DNA from: an uncultured Planctomycetota bacterium | GTDB taxonomy: Bacteria > Planctomycetota > Planctomycetia > Isosphaerales > Isosphaeraceae | Assembly (NCBI GenBank): GCA_963845755.1 | Contig: CAWJTV010000037.1 | Span: 32,001 to 96,000 of the forward strand | Direction: 5' to 3' | DNA: 64,000 bases | Shown here: positions 1 to 10,592 of the stretch, one piece after another | Position numbering within the stretch: position 1 is the stretch's first letter | Layout of the letters: every line of letters begins with the position of its first letter | Translations under genes and position numbers: made by a program | The notes under the pieces: generated by a model | The model's database searches: none | Seen by the model: only the letters and a program-made list of their open reading frames with translations | Told to the model about the DNA's origin: nothing

Positions 1-1158
1 TCCCCGAGCTCGATGATCCGGGGTACGAAGTCGATGACGTACCAGCAGATCAAGGATGCGCTGGACAAGAACGTCGCTCGGCTCGGCGCCGGGATGGGCG
101 GACGTATGAGAGGGATGGGGGGGCCGAGTGCGGGCGCGGTCACACTTACGGTCCAGACCCGACGAGCCAATCTTCCGGCCGTCCTGGAGATTCTCCGGCA
201 GATCCTCCGGGAGCCGGCGTTGCCCGCCAGCGAGTTGGAGTTGATGAAGAACGAAGCGATCGCCGGCCTCGAGGAGAGTCGATCCGATCCAATGGCCCAG
301 GGATTCACCCACTTCCAGCGGGTGTACACGCGCCACTATCCCCGCGATGACGTCCGCTACGTGCCGTCTCTCGACGAGCAGATCGAAGGGACGAGGAAGG
401 TCACCATCGACCGTGTTCGGGCCCTCTATCAAGAGTATCTCGGCGCCGATCATGGCGAGCTGGTGATGATCGGAGACTTCGATCCTTCGGAGGTCCTCTC
501 GATCCTGGTCAAGACCTTCGAAGGGTGGAAGGCCGAGAAGCCGTACGGCCGGATCGAACGACCGGTAAAGACGGACCTGGCATCGGAGAAGGAAACGATC
601 TCCACGCCGGACAAGGCCAACGCCCTCTACTTGGCCGGCCTCCAGTTGCCGCTCAAGGACAGCGATCCGGAGTACGCCGCCTTGCTTACGGGTAATTACA
701 TCCTGGGCGGAGGTAGCCTCTCGTCGCGGATCGCCAACCGACTTCGCCAAAAGGACGGTGTCTCTTACGGCGCGCAGTCGGTCTTCGGGGCGGACCCAAT
801 CGATCTGCATGCGACCTTGATGATCTTGGCGATCTATAACCCGAAGAACCTCGAGAGGGTCAAGGTCGGAGTGGAGGAGGAAGTCCATCGTCTGCTCCGT
901 GACGGCGTCATGAGCGAGGAGCTCGACAAGGCCAAGGCCGGATACCTTCAGGAACGCCAGAACGATCGCGCCGACGACCGGGCCCTCGGTAGCATGCTCG
1001 CCGAGAACCTGTACCTAGGACGGACCATGCAATTCGAGGCCGAGCACGAGCGGAAGATCAAGGATCTCACGCCCGATGCGGTCAATACGGCATTGCGCAA
1101 GCACATCGATCCCAAACGGCTATCTGTCATCACTGCGGGAGACTTCAAGACAAAGTAG
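1..1158 (+). CDS. M16 family (pitrilysin/insulinase-like) zinc peptidase, C-terminal part; gene starts upstream of the window
   Basis: ORF open from the window edge; M16 inactive-domain motifs (ILGGGSLSSRIANRLRQKDGVSYG, LTPDAVNTALRKHIDP). Confidence 0.85.
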   Translation, partial: SPSSMIRGTKSMTYQQIKDALDKNVARLGAGMGGRMRGMGGPSAGAVTLTVQTRRANLPAVLEILRQILREPALPASELELMKNEAIAGLEESRSDPMAQGFTHFQRVYTRHYPRDDVRYVPSLDEQIEGTRKVTIDRVRALYQEYLGADHGELVMIGDFDPSEVLSILVKTFEGWKAEKPYGRIERPVKTDLASEKETISTPDKANALYLAGLQLPLKDSDPEYAALLTGNYILGGGSLSSRIANRLRQKDGVSYGAQSVFGADPIDLHATLMILAIYNPKNLERVKVGVEEEVHRLLRDGVMSEELDKAKAGYLQERQNDRADDRALGSMLAENLYLGRTMQFEAEHERKIKDLTPDAVNTALRKHIDPKRLSVITAGDFKTK

Positions 1159-1230
1159 CAGCTCAGTGGTTCGCCCCGGCCGATGGGTGTTCGCGGACCA
1201 CTGACCAGGGCACAAGAAAGGACCCTCTCC

Positions 1231-2298
1231 ATGCGTCGACGCGAGTTTCTGAAGCAGGCCGGCGCCGCGGCCCTGGCCGCCGGCGCCTCCGGCCCGTTCG
1301 TGCATGCCAGCGACAAGGCGGGAAGCGAGCACCCGGTCATCGGCCAGGGCGAGCACCGCTACGAGTGCCACCACAACTGGGGCGAATTGCCCAGCTCGAT
1401 CCACTGGTTCGAGACTCACGGCGTGGCGATCGACAAGGCGGGCTTCATCTACATCAAGCATCGGGCCGGCAGCGATTTCCCCAAACCGACCGATCCGGCC
1501 CAGGACACGATCGTGGTCTTCGACCCGAATGGTAAGTTCGTCCGCTCCTTCGGGAAGGAGTATCACGGGGGAGGCCACGGGATCGACATCCGCGAGGAGG
1601 ACGGACAGGAGTTCCTCTATCTCTCGTGCATGATGCCGGTGGACCTGGTCGTCAAGAGCGACCTGAAAGGCGAGGTTGTCTGGATCAAGAAGGCCCCGCA
1701 AGAGCCGCACGTCTACGATCAGGAAAAGCCGAAGTTTGCACCGACGAACGTCGCATTTGCCCCGGACGGCGGCTTCTACGTCGGCGACGGCTACGGCTCC
1801 AATTACATCCATCAGTACGGCAAGGACGCCAAGTGGGTGCGGACGTTCGGCGGCTATGGTGATGGTCCCGGCAAGTTCAAGACCCCTCACGGTCTCTGGC
1901 TGGACAATCGCCCCGGCCGCGACGTTCAGCTCGTGATCGCCGACCGAGCCAACGCCCGCCTCCAGTACGTGACGCTCGAAGGGAAGCCGGTGAGCATGAT
2001 CCACGATGTCAGCTTCCCGGCGCACTTCGATATCCGGGGCGACGTCCTGCTCGTGCCCGACCTGCACGCGCGCGTCTCGCTCTTCGACAAGGACAATCAT
2101 GTGCTGGTCCACCTCGGCTATGAGCCCCAATGGACCAAGCAGGTGCTCGACGGGTTCAAGATCCGCGCCCAGCCGAGCCGATGGCCGGCCGGGAAGTTCA
2201 TCCATCCCCACGACGCCTGCTTCGACAAGGACGGAAACATCCTCGTGGCCGAGTGGGTCGCAACCGGACGGGTCTCGTTCCTGAGACACGTGAGTTGA
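1231..2298 (+). CDS. Tat-exported NHL-repeat beta-propeller protein (peptidylglycine monooxygenase/lyase-like)
   Basis: RBS GAAAGGA then MRRREFLKQAGAAALAA twin-arginine signal; NHL repeats (PTNVAFAPDG..YVGDGYG, PHGLWLD, IADRANARLQ, HPHDACFDKDG). Confidence 0.8.
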   Translation: MRRREFLKQAGAAALAAGASGPFVHASDKAGSEHPVIGQGEHRYECHHNWGELPSSIHWFETHGVAIDKAGFIYIKHRAGSDFPKPTDPAQDTIVVFDPNGKFVRSFGKEYHGGGHGIDIREEDGQEFLYLSCMMPVDLVVKSDLKGEVVWIKKAPQEPHVYDQEKPKFAPTNVAFAPDGGFYVGDGYGSNYIHQYGKDAKWVRTFGGYGDGPGKFKTPHGLWLDNRPGRDVQLVIADRANARLQYVTLEGKPVSMIHDVSFPAHFDIRGDVLLVPDLHARVSLFDKDNHVLVHLGYEPQWTKQVLDGFKIRAQPSRWPAGKFIHPHDACFDKDGNILVAEWVATGRVSFLRHVS

Positions 2299-2320
2299 AA
2301 GTACTAACCGACAAAACGCT

Positions 2321-2359
2321 CCGGCCGAGCGCGGATCGGAACCAGTTCGGCTCGGCCGG
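2321..2359. other. GC-rich inverted repeat downstream of the NHL gene (possible terminator or stabiliser)
   Basis: CCGGCCGAGC ... GCTCGGCCGG, a perfect 10-bp stem with no U-tract. Confidence 0.35.
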
Positions 2360-2519
2360 GGCTGCATCGCCCGGTGACGGCCTCGGATCCCCGGGGACCT
2401 CTCGACAAGACAGGCGCCGGATGGTCTGATGGGCGTATTGATGAACGGCATCTACGCCTCGACGGTCGGGTGATCGTCTTGCCCGTCAGGTATTCGCCTG
2501 TCAATCTCATTGAACCAAC

Positions 2520-3077
2520 ATGGATCGACTCCAGGGTCATCTCCTGATCGCCTCCGCGAGTCTGCTCGACCCCAACTTCGCCCAGACGATCGTGCTGATC
2601 GCCGTCCACAGCGAGGAAGGCGCGCTCGGGTTGATCCTGAACCGCGAGCTGACTATGCCGCTCGAGCAGGTCTGGTCGCAGATCAGTGAGACGCCGTGCT
2701 TGCGCGAAGGATCCGTCCGCCATGGCGGTCCGGTGGCCGGGAGCTTGATGGCCGTACACGACCAGCGGCCCCTCGCCAATCTCGTGGTGACCGACGATCT
2801 CTTCGTCGCCACCGAGCTGAATGCCATGGAGTTACTGGCCGCCTCCGAGGACGGCCAGGCCATCTTCTACGTCGGCCACTCCGGCTGGGGACCGGGACAG
2901 CTCGAGAACGAGCTGACGGAGGGTTCCTGGCTGGTCCTGCCCGCCACGCCCGAACATGTCTTTGGTGATGTCGACACTCTTTCGGCTTGGAAGAAGTCCA
3001 CGGTCGAAGTCGGGCGTCGGCAGTTGCAGGCGATGATCCCGATCCGGCATGTGCCGGAGAATCCCCGGCTCAATTAG
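2520..3077 (+). CDS. yqgE: YqgE/AlgH family protein (DUF179)
   Basis: LLIAS..LLDPNF.QTIVL...HSEEGALGLILNR, GGPV, GHSGWGPGQLENEL..GSW motifs. Confidence 0.9.
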   Translation: MDRLQGHLLIASASLLDPNFAQTIVLIAVHSEEGALGLILNRELTMPLEQVWSQISETPCLREGSVRHGGPVAGSLMAVHDQRPLANLVVTDDLFVATELNAMELLAASEDGQAIFYVGHSGWGPGQLENELTEGSWLVLPATPEHVFGDVDTLSAWKKSTVEVGRRQLQAMIPIRHVPENPRLN

Positions 3078-4744
3078 AGGCCCGTCTGGATGCGGAAGGC
3101 CGAGTGGACCTGGGTACGGATCCGGGCCATGACGGGCGAGAGGTCGTCGCGCGCGGTGAATGCCTCGATCAGGTAGGCGCGTGGGGCACTCTCCGCGCGT
3201 CGCAGCGCCTCGCGCAACTCGGATGCACTCGTGACCCGTTCGGCCTCGGCACCCAGCGACCGGGCGAGGGCGGGATAATCCCAGCTCCTGCGTTCGTAAT
3301 AGCTCCGAGGTCGATCGACCGCCTCGAGCATGCCATAACCGCCATTGTTCAGGAGCAGCACGATTGGGCGCAGACCTTGCTCGACATGTGTGGCCAGCTC
3401 AATCCCGGTCATCTGGAACGCGCCATCCCCAACGATCACGAGGGGCCTCCGCGACGGATCGGCGATCCCCGCGCCGAGGGCTGCCGGAACGGCGAACCCC
3501 ATGGACGAATAAAAGCCGGCTGCCACGAAGACGTCGGCGCGAAGCTCCAGTCCGATGAACCAACTATCGCCCACGTCGGTGACGAAGCTGTAGCGCGACT
3601 GGTCGAGATCCTGGAGGGCGGCGATCACTTCACTCACGCGGACGATTCCCGGACTGGGCGGACCGGAAGACGCGGGCGTCTCCGACAGACTCGCCGAACG
3701 AGTTCCACGTGCATCGAACCGGGGCACAATGCGATTGCTAGGCGGCAACCGTTCGAGGAGGGCCGCGACGACGTCCGTCATGGAAAGGTCGTGGTAGCGA
3801 TGGTAGCGCACCTGCACGCTCTCTGCTTCGATCATGACCCGCGCCTCGGGGCGAATCCGCTGGCTCCAAAAACCAGTACCGAGGTCGGTTGGGAGCACGC
3901 CGATCCCCAGGACACAATCGGAGCCATCGAGGAGTTCGCGGGTCGCCGGGTCACTGAGGGCTCCGAGGTAGACACCCGCATACTGTGGGTGACTTTCCGG
4001 AAAGGCGGCCTTGCCGAGCAGGTCGGTCACGACCGGAAGTCGCAACCGTTCGGCGAGCCCAATCACCAGGTCCGTCAAAGCATGCCGGCGGACTCCGACG
4101 CCCACGTAGAGCGCGGGACGACTCGCGCCTGCGAGCATCACGCCGATCTCGGAGACGGCCTCACCGATTGCACCGGCCAGAGCCTCGCGGTCCTCCGCAC
4201 TGGGTTTGCCGAGCAGCGGCCCGGACGGCCCCTCGACGGGCACCGCGACTCGATCGCGGGGGATCTCCAGGTAACCGGGTCGCTTCGACGTGACCACCCG
4301 GCGTATCACGCGGTCAATCGTCCCGGGAGCCGATACGGGGTCGTCGAGGATCGCCGCGTCGACCGTGACCTCGCGGTAGATCTGCAACTGGCTCTCGAAT
4401 GTCTTGATCACGTGATGAAGGTGCAGCTCCGGACGGCGCAGGGCGACCTCGGGGCCTCCGCTGACGACCAGCAGCGGCGACTGCTCCGCGTAGGCGCATG
4501 CGACGGGATTGACGGTGTTGAGCGCCCCGGGGCCATATGTCACAACCGCCACGCCCAGACCGCGGAACCGCGCATACGCATCGGCCGCGAAGCCGACACC
4601 CGGCTCGTGAGCACAGACCACCGTCGGCATCCCCACGCGCTCCTGTACCGCATAGACAGGGAGCACAAAGTCGCCCGGGATGCCGAACGTGTGTCCCACG
4701 CCCAGTTCCCGCAGACGTTGGAACAGGTACTCGGTCAGATTCAT
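3074..4744 (-). CDS. Thiamine pyrophosphate-dependent alpha-keto acid decarboxylase (indolepyruvate/phenylpyruvate decarboxylase family)
   Basis: FGIPGDF, HEPGVGFAADAYAR, LHLHH, and the TPP motif GDGAFQMTG...LLNNGGY. Confidence 0.88.
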   Translation of the reverse strand: MNLTEYLFQRLRELGVGHTFGIPGDFVLPVYAVQERVGMPTVVCAHEPGVGFAADAYARFRGLGVAVVTYGPGALNTVNPVACAYAEQSPLLVVSGGPEVALRRPELHLHHVIKTFESQLQIYREVTVDAAILDDPVSAPGTIDRVIRRVVTSKRPGYLEIPRDRVAVPVEGPSGPLLGKPSAEDREALAGAIGEAVSEIGVMLAGASRPALYVGVGVRRHALTDLVIGLAERLRLPVVTDLLGKAAFPESHPQYAGVYLGALSDPATRELLDGSDCVLGIGVLPTDLGTGFWSQRIRPEARVMIEAESVQVRYHRYHDLSMTDVVAALLERLPPSNRIVPRFDARGTRSASLSETPASSGPPSPGIVRVSEVIAALQDLDQSRYSFVTDVGDSWFIGLELRADVFVAAGFYSSMGFAVPAALGAGIADPSRRPLVIVGDGAFQMTGIELATHVEQGLRPIVLLLNNGGYGMLEAVDRPRSYYERRSWDYPALARSLGAEAERVTSASELREALRRAESAPRAYLIEAFTARDDLSPVMARIRTQVHSAFRIQTGL

Positions 4745-4932
4745 TGGCCCTTACCGGAATTCGATTCCATTTGAGGTTCTACTCGGCTGGCCGTGTCCGA
4801 GCTGTCGCCGTCATGATACCCTGGGCCGGCGATGGTGGAAACGGTTATCATGGATAGCCTCGACCACAGCGAGCCGATCGCCCTGTCCGAGAGGTCGACA
4901 CTCGAAGTATCTCGTCCGGGAATTACATAAAT

Positions 4933-5912
4933 ATGAACATTAAATGCCAATTATTAGTTCAGTGGGCTGTCAGCGCGATGCTGGTGATCATCGGCACCTC
5001 GGGCCTTCCCTCATCCGCAGATGAGCCGGATTCAACACCGACCGCGCCGGCCTCGGCGCTCCTGCCCGGCGCCGAGGAAGGATTCGTCGATTCGAGTGGA
5101 GTCAAGATCCATTATGTCAGCCTGGGCCGGAGCCAGGACCCGCTGATCGTCCTCATTCACGGATTCCCCGACTTCTGGTACACTTCGCGCGCCGAGATGC
5201 CGGCCCTGTCGAAGCGATTCCACGTGGTCGCAATCGACCAGCGCGGCTATAACCTGAGCGATCAGCCGGAGGGCGTCGTGAACTACACGACCGACAAGCT
5301 GGTCGGCGACCTGCTGGCGGTGGTCAAACATTTCACGGACGGCAAGGCGGTGATCGTGGGGCACGATTGGGGCGGCCTCGTGGCCTGGACGTTCGCCATG
5401 ACCCATCCCGAGCGGACCGACCGGCTGATCGTGCTCAACCTGCCGCACCCTCGAGGACTGTTGCGCGAACTGGCAACAAACCCACAGCAGCAGAAGAACA
5501 GTCAGTATGCCCGTAACTTCCAGCAGCCCGACGCGGCCAAGAAGGTCTCTGTCGATCTCCTGGTCGCCTGGGTCAAGGATGCGGAGGCTCGAAAGGTCTA
5601 CCGCGCGGCGCTGGCGCGATCGTCGATGGAGGGGATGCTCAATTATTACAAGGCGAACTACCCGCGCATGCCCGACAAGTCAGCCGTCTCCGACGTCAAA
5701 CCGCCAGCACCGACCTTTCCTCCGGTCAAGTGCTCCGTGCTGCTCATTCACGGATTGAAGGACCAGGCCCTGCTCCCCGGTGCGCTGAACGACACCTGGA
5801 ACTGGATCGACGGGGACCTCACGCTCACGACAATCCCGGCGCCGGCCATTTCGTCCAGCAGGATGCCGCCGACCTGGTGACGCGCTCGATGGTCAGTTGG
5901 CTCAGCCGGTAG
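4933..5912 (+). CDS. Secreted alpha/beta hydrolase (epoxide hydrolase-like), frameshift near 5835
   Basis: Signal peptide, HGFP, DQRGY, GHDWGG; the catalytic-His segment GAGHFVQQD continues in the 5730..5912 frame. Confidence 0.85.
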
Positions 5913-5951
5913 TACGAGGATCCCGGCAGATCCATGCCACGAGACGATACC

Positions 5952-7046
5952 ATGTCCGACGATCTGATCAAAGCGCCTCAGAGATCTTGGTTCCTTCGTC
6001 TGGCAGGCGTTCTGATACGGGTTGTGAATTTCGGCGTGGCCGCGCTCATTGCCGTTGGTCTGGCGGGCCAGATAATCCGCGACCGATCGGTCCTCACGGC
6101 CCTGATGATGTACGTGCCGTTGTTGCCGTTAGGGATCGTGGCTCTGGTGCTGGATTTTCGCGACTGGGGTCGCTCGTTGCCTCGACTGCGTTTCGGCCTG
6201 ACGATTCTGGGGCTCATCGCGATTGCCTGGTCGGCGATTTCGATGATCGGTTCAGGAGCGACGAGCGAACTCCGAGCCGGTGATCGGGAGATCGCCTTGT
6301 TGCACTGGAATGTGCAGTGGGGCGGTGGGCTTTTCCGGAGCGATAGGACCTGGCGCGCGCAACGGAAGGCGATGCTTGACGCGAATCCCGATGTGATTGT
6401 CCTGAGCGAGGCACCGCCTACCGATTGGCTTCAGAGACTCGCTGACGATCTCGGTGCGGGCGCGCAATTCGTCGGGTTCTTTCACGACCCGAGGAGCCCC
6501 TACTGGTATCGACTGGTGGTGTGTTCCCGATGGCCGATCCAAAGGGATGGGCAGATGATGTTCCCGGGCGGCGTCGGGATGAGCGTGACGGCCGAGGTGC
6601 GCGGGCGTCGCCTGCGGTTGCTGGTCGTAGACGGCCATAGCTCACCGCTCCGATCTCGCTTGCCGTTCCTCCGGGCGGTCGTCGGAGCCTGCCGTGACGC
6701 CGCGGCGGAGGGACGCCCCTACGACTTCGTACTGGGCGACTTCAACACGCCCAGTCGCAGCCTCGGTTTCGACGGATTGATCGCACTCGACTACCGTCTG
6801 GCAAGCCGGTCGGCAATGGGGTGGCGCGCGACATTCCCGGCCATGCTGCCCGTTTACGACATCGATCATGTTTGGATCGGCGAGCGTCTGCGCGTTCGTT
6901 CCTGCTCGCTCTTCAATGGACCGTGGACGGACCACCGCGGCCACTTCGTTCGCGTACTGGTGGGAGACGTACCCTCAAACCCTTTGGACCCGTCCCATGA
7001 TCGACCCGACCGCCTTCATCGCTCCGGGAGCCATCGTGCTGGGTGA
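5952..7046 (+). CDS. Membrane-anchored endonuclease/exonuclease/phosphatase (EEP) family protein
   Basis: Three N-terminal TM segments; WNV, DVIVLSE, GDFNTP, IDHVW, DHR motifs. Confidence 0.85.
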   Translation: MSDDLIKAPQRSWFLRLAGVLIRVVNFGVAALIAVGLAGQIIRDRSVLTALMMYVPLLPLGIVALVLDFRDWGRSLPRLRFGLTILGLIAIAWSAISMIGSGATSELRAGDREIALLHWNVQWGGGLFRSDRTWRAQRKAMLDANPDVIVLSEAPPTDWLQRLADDLGAGAQFVGFFHDPRSPYWYRLVVCSRWPIQRDGQMMFPGGVGMSVTAEVRGRRLRLLVVDGHSSPLRSRLPFLRAVVGACRDAAAEGRPYDFVLGDFNTPSRSLGFDGLIALDYRLASRSAMGWRATFPAMLPVYDIDHVWIGERLRVRSCSLFNGPWTDHRGHFVRVLVGDVPSNPLDPSHDRPDRLHRSGSHRAG

Positions 7047-7506
7047 CGTCCACCTGGGCGTGGAGTCGAGCATCTGGTACAACGCCGTGCTCCGTGGCGA
7101 CACCGACCGGATCACGATCGGGGACCAGACCAACATCCAGGACCTCACGATGATCCACGCCGACGTCGGTGTGCCGTGCACCGTCGGATGTCGCGTAACC
7201 GTCGGCCATCGCGTCATCCTCCACGGCTGCACGATCGAGGACGACTGCTTGATCGGGATGGGCGCGATCGTGCTCAATGGCGCGCCATATTGGCCGAGGC
7301 TCTATCGTCGGGGCCGGGGCTCTGGTCCTGGAGAACATGGAAGTGCCTCCCGGGTCGATGGTGATCGGCGCCCGGCGCGGGTCCGGCGCGACGTGGACGA
7401 AATGATGCGGGAGCGGATGGAACACGGCTGGAAGCATTACGTGGAACAGGCCCGGCGCCATCGTCGGGAGACATTCCCAATTCGTCCGCACAGTCGGAAC
7501 GGTTGA
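6997..7506 (+). CDS. Gamma carbonic anhydrase family (hexapeptide repeat) protein, two compensating frameshifts near 7285 and 7365
   Basis: IDPTAFIAPGAIVLGDV, NAVLRGD, TNIQD, TVGH..ILHGC; the expected IGRGSIVGAGALV segment lies in another frame. Confidence 0.88.
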   Translation: MIDPTAFIAPGAIVLGDVHLGVESSIWYNAVLRGDTDRITIGDQTNIQDLTMIHADVGVPCTVGCRVTVGHRVILHGCTIEDDCLIGMGAIVLNGAPYWPRLYRRGRGSGPGEHGSASRVDGDRRPARVRRDVDEMMRERMEHGWKHYVEQARRHRRETFPIRPHSRNG

Positions 7507-7521
7507 GAGCGGCGACCCCAT

Positions 7522-8314
7522 TCAGTCCTCGGGCGATTCGACCAATGGCAGGAGCCCCGCCGGATCCTGCTGATAGAACGACTTCAGCTCATCGTAGAGT
7601 GCGGAATGGCGCTTCCGAAGCAAGCCGGACTTCTCGAAGAAAGCCTCCGTTGCCACGGCGAAGAACTCCGAGGCGTTCATGGCGCCGTAATGGTCCAGCA
7701 CCGAGTGATGGCCGAGGGCGCTCTGGCTCTTGAGCCGCCGGTACTCCTCCTCCATGACCCTCGTCCAGGAATCATACCGGCTTCGAGGCTTCAGGGTCGG
7801 AGTCCCATCGGCCGCCCCATCCTCCATGTCGAGCAGGTGGGCGAATTCATGCAGCACGAGGTTCGTGCCGCGGCCGTGCCCCTGGCCGATCTCCAGAACG
7901 GTATCCCACGAGACGATGGCCACACCATCCTTCCACGCTTCGCCGAGCGCGACCTCCTCGACCTTGAGTGGTACGACGCTTCCCATCGGTACGACGCGCT
8001 TCGTCCAGTAGGCCGAGGGATAGACCAGGATCGTGATCAGCCGCGGGAAAAGATCGGTTTGGCGATGCAGGAGCAGCCGGCAGGCATGGGCCGCGATGGT
8101 CACCTTGATCTCGTCGGTCAGCTCCAGCTCGCCGCAGCCCTCGAAGACCTTTTCGGCAAGGAAGACCTGCACGAGACCCTGGAGCCGCCCGGCGATCCGC
8201 TTCCGGCAGCGACGCGTAGTATGGGACGTTCTTGTCGATGATATCGAGCCATGCGGTCGGAAACGGCGCGGAACTCAGGCGTTTCCGGCGGAGTCGTTTG
8301 AAGAAGCCGAACAA
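7522..8314 (-). CDS. mtfA: M90 family zinc peptidase (MtfA-like), frameshift near 8185
   Basis: RBS AAGGAG plus TTG start (LFGFFKRLRRKRL); NLVLHEFAHLLD, YGAMNASEFFAVATEAFFE, YQQDP motifs. Confidence 0.85.
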
Positions 8315-8367
8315 ACGTGTCTCCTTGAACGGACGAGCAGCCGGAGCCGTGCGATCCCGGCGACGGC

Positions 8368-9453
8368 TCAACGAATGGGTTGACCCCGCGCGGCGTCTTG
8401 TAACCGGCGATTGCGCGCGACCTGGTCATCGATGTCCTCGAGTTTCAAGGCTCGGACCATATCGCCGATCGTCGTGCGAGGATCGTTGGACCAGAACAGG
8501 CCCAGGTCTTCCTGAGGCTCGTAGTGATAACCGGCTCGGTCGCCGTATGCGTCGCGGAATGCCTTGCCCTCGCGCAGATGGGCGGACCAGCCCAGCACGG
8601 CATAGCTCAGGTCGATCTGGTGGACCAGCGGTTTTTCCGGCGATTCGACCCGGGCGGCGACCAGTCCCGTGGGCTCGTAGATCGTCGCATTGTTCCGCCA
8701 GCAGCTCGAGACGACGAAATATCGATGACGTCCCGCGCGAGCGGCCGGCAGTGCGGTTGCCGGAGACGCACTCGGCCAGACGACGATCTCCGCCCCTTTA
8801 TCCGCCAGGGCTTGCCAGCCGTCGTCGAAGACGATGTCCCAGCAGATCTGGATCCCCAGCTTGCCGAAGTCGCAGTCGAAGACGGGGAACTCCGAACCTG
8901 GCGTGATCCCCGTCTCCAGGTCGTCGTGGTTGACCATGGCGACCGGGTGCACTTTGCGGTATACGCCAGCCACCTCCCCGCGCCGACCCAGCAGCACAGC
9001 CGCGTTCGAGTAGATCGTGCCCGACGAACCGTCCTCGACGATCTCGAGCGGAACGACGAGGTAGGTCTTGTGCCGTCGCGCCAGGGTGCCGAAGGTTTCC
9101 AGCACTGGGCCGCGCAACGGGATCGCCCGCTGCGACGCCGGCCCGTTCGTGTTCGTCACGATCATCTCCGGCAGGACCCCCAGGTCGAGACCACGGCCAG
9201 GATAGGCTTTCTTCGTGTCCTCGGCCATCGCGTCGATCAACCCGCTCAGGACTTTCAATCGGTCATCCAGTCCCGGGTATTTTCCGTAGGGCCCGTAGAT
9301 GATGGTGCCGACGACGACCTTTCGGGGCGGGTGGTCGTCTTTGGATTTCGAAGACGGGCTCGATTGATCCGTCGTTTGCTGGGCGCGAGATGTCGTCTCG
9401 ACGACCGGGTATGCCGCGAGGGCAATCAGGCAGTACAGGAGCCGCTTCATCAT
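8368..9453 (-). CDS. Secreted carbon-nitrogen hydrolase (nitrilase superfamily)
   Basis: MMKRLLYCLIAL signal peptide with RBS; E-K-C triad in LPE, YRKVH, ICWD. Confidence 0.85.
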   Translation of the reverse strand: MMKRLLYCLIALAAYPVVETTSRAQQTTDQSSPSSKSKDDHPPRKVVVGTIIYGPYGKYPGLDDRLKVLSGLIDAMAEDTKKAYPGRGLDLGVLPEMIVTNTNGPASQRAIPLRGPVLETFGTLARRHKTYLVVPLEIVEDGSSGTIYSNAAVLLGRRGEVAGVYRKVHPVAMVNHDDLETGITPGSEFPVFDCDFGKLGIQICWDIVFDDGWQALADKGAEIVVWPSASPATALPAARAGRHRYFVVSSCWRNNATIYEPTGLVAARVESPEKPLVHQIDLSYAVLGWSAHLREGKAFRDAYGDRAGYHYEPQEDLGLFWSNDPRTTIGDMVRALKLEDIDDQVARNRRLQDAARGQPIR

Positions 9454-9633
9454 GATGTCCCTCTCCTCAGCCGCGCACCGGAGTGGCGACAATGTTCTTC
9501 TGAGCGAGCGCTCGATCCAGCGAATACGATAACACGCCGGTCGTGCCCGAGGGAAACCCAACCAGTTCGTACAGAGTGGGACCCGAGGAAGTGACTGACG
9601 ATCCACCTTGCCGACGGAGGATTCCGCGTCGGC

Positions 9634-10488
9634 TCAACGACCGACCATGCGGCTCTCCAGGTCCTTATCCACGTCGTCTGGTGGCTTCGCGACGGGGAAT
9701 CGCTTCACCGTCCGATCAATCCGGTCTCCGAGCCAACCGACGAAATCCCAGCGCCGGTAGGGGATGTCATCATCCGGGCCGACCGCGTGCTCCCAGATGC
9801 CCGGAACACGCTGCTTGCACCGCGCGCCGCAGGCGAGGCACCAGTAGAAACCGCCGCGCGGCAGGAATCGTGGCGACTGGTACCCATGATCCAGCCGCTG
9901 GAGTCGCCGCAGGTTGATTCCTCCACAGTGCGGGCAACTCTGACGGGCCTCGGCCGCGCTCAGCTCGCCGACTCGAGCACAGCTATCACACGAGTAATAG
10001 GCGAGCCGCTGGGATTCGAGCCATGCCATTTTCCGGGCCTCCTCGTGAGTCAGCTCTTGATGTTGTACCGGTTCCTTTCCGGTTTGAGCATCCAGCAGCA
10101 CTTTCTTCCGGCAGTGAGGACACGGCTTCAAGGTCAGCCATTTCCTGGCGATTAATAGACTTCTGAATGACCATGCTAGCCCGAGAGCGAGATTGAGAAA
10201 CCAAAACAGTGAGTCGGATTTTGATAGGGCCAAGAAGACGAACGGAGTGAGGCCGACCGAGGCGTGAGCGATAAAGAGAAAGCTGATCTGAACCAAATCC
10301 CGCTGTGGCCCCGGTCGCAGGATCAACCAGGAAAGCCCGGCTAGTGTCAGGGGTACACCGGGGATCGTCACGCTGAGGAGCAGAGGACGACCAACACCAC
10401 GAGCGTGCATCGCGGGCAGGCTCATCGCGAGGGCGACCGCGACGTACAGGACCAGCAGCATCAGGTGCTGGATTCTTAACTGCGGCAT
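9634..10488 (-). CDS. Hypothetical membrane protein with four CxxC pairs (tandem zinc ribbons)
   Basis: MPQLRIQHLMLLVLYVA start, four hydrophobic helices, then CPHC...CDSC...CPHC...CLAC. Confidence 0.6.
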   Translation of the reverse strand: MPQLRIQHLMLLVLYVAVALAMSLPAMHARGVGRPLLLSVTIPGVPLTLAGLSWLILRPGPQRDLVQISFLFIAHASVGLTPFVFLALSKSDSLFWFLNLALGLAWSFRSLLIARKWLTLKPCPHCRKKVLLDAQTGKEPVQHQELTHEEARKMAWLESQRLAYYSCDSCARVGELSAAEARQSCPHCGGINLRRLQRLDHGYQSPRFLPRGGFYWCLACGARCKQRVPGIWEHAVGPDDDIPYRRWDFVGWLGDRIDRTVKRFPVAKPPDDVDKDLESRMVGR

Positions 10489-10592
10489 GAAATGCGGTCC
10501 GTTTGGCTTGGCGGAACGAAATCCTACGAGGAACGCTTCCGCTCCAGCATAATGTTGACCTCTGAAAAATGACACGAACTCGCAGCGATCGA

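Noticed and set aside
2987..4774. Long antisense ORFs (also 1120..2451, 40574..42130, 55346..56965, 61121..62698)
   Set aside because: Shadow ORFs of high-GC genes with no recognisable motifs.
4745..4932. TPP riboswitch upstream of the TPP-dependent decarboxylase
   Set aside because: No CTGAGA / ACCTGAT / AGGGA core on the minus strand.
3074..9453. Auxin biosynthesis cluster (IpdC plus nitrilase)
   Set aside because: The genes are not co-operonic, the C-N hydrolase is secreted, and substrates cannot be inferred from sequence.
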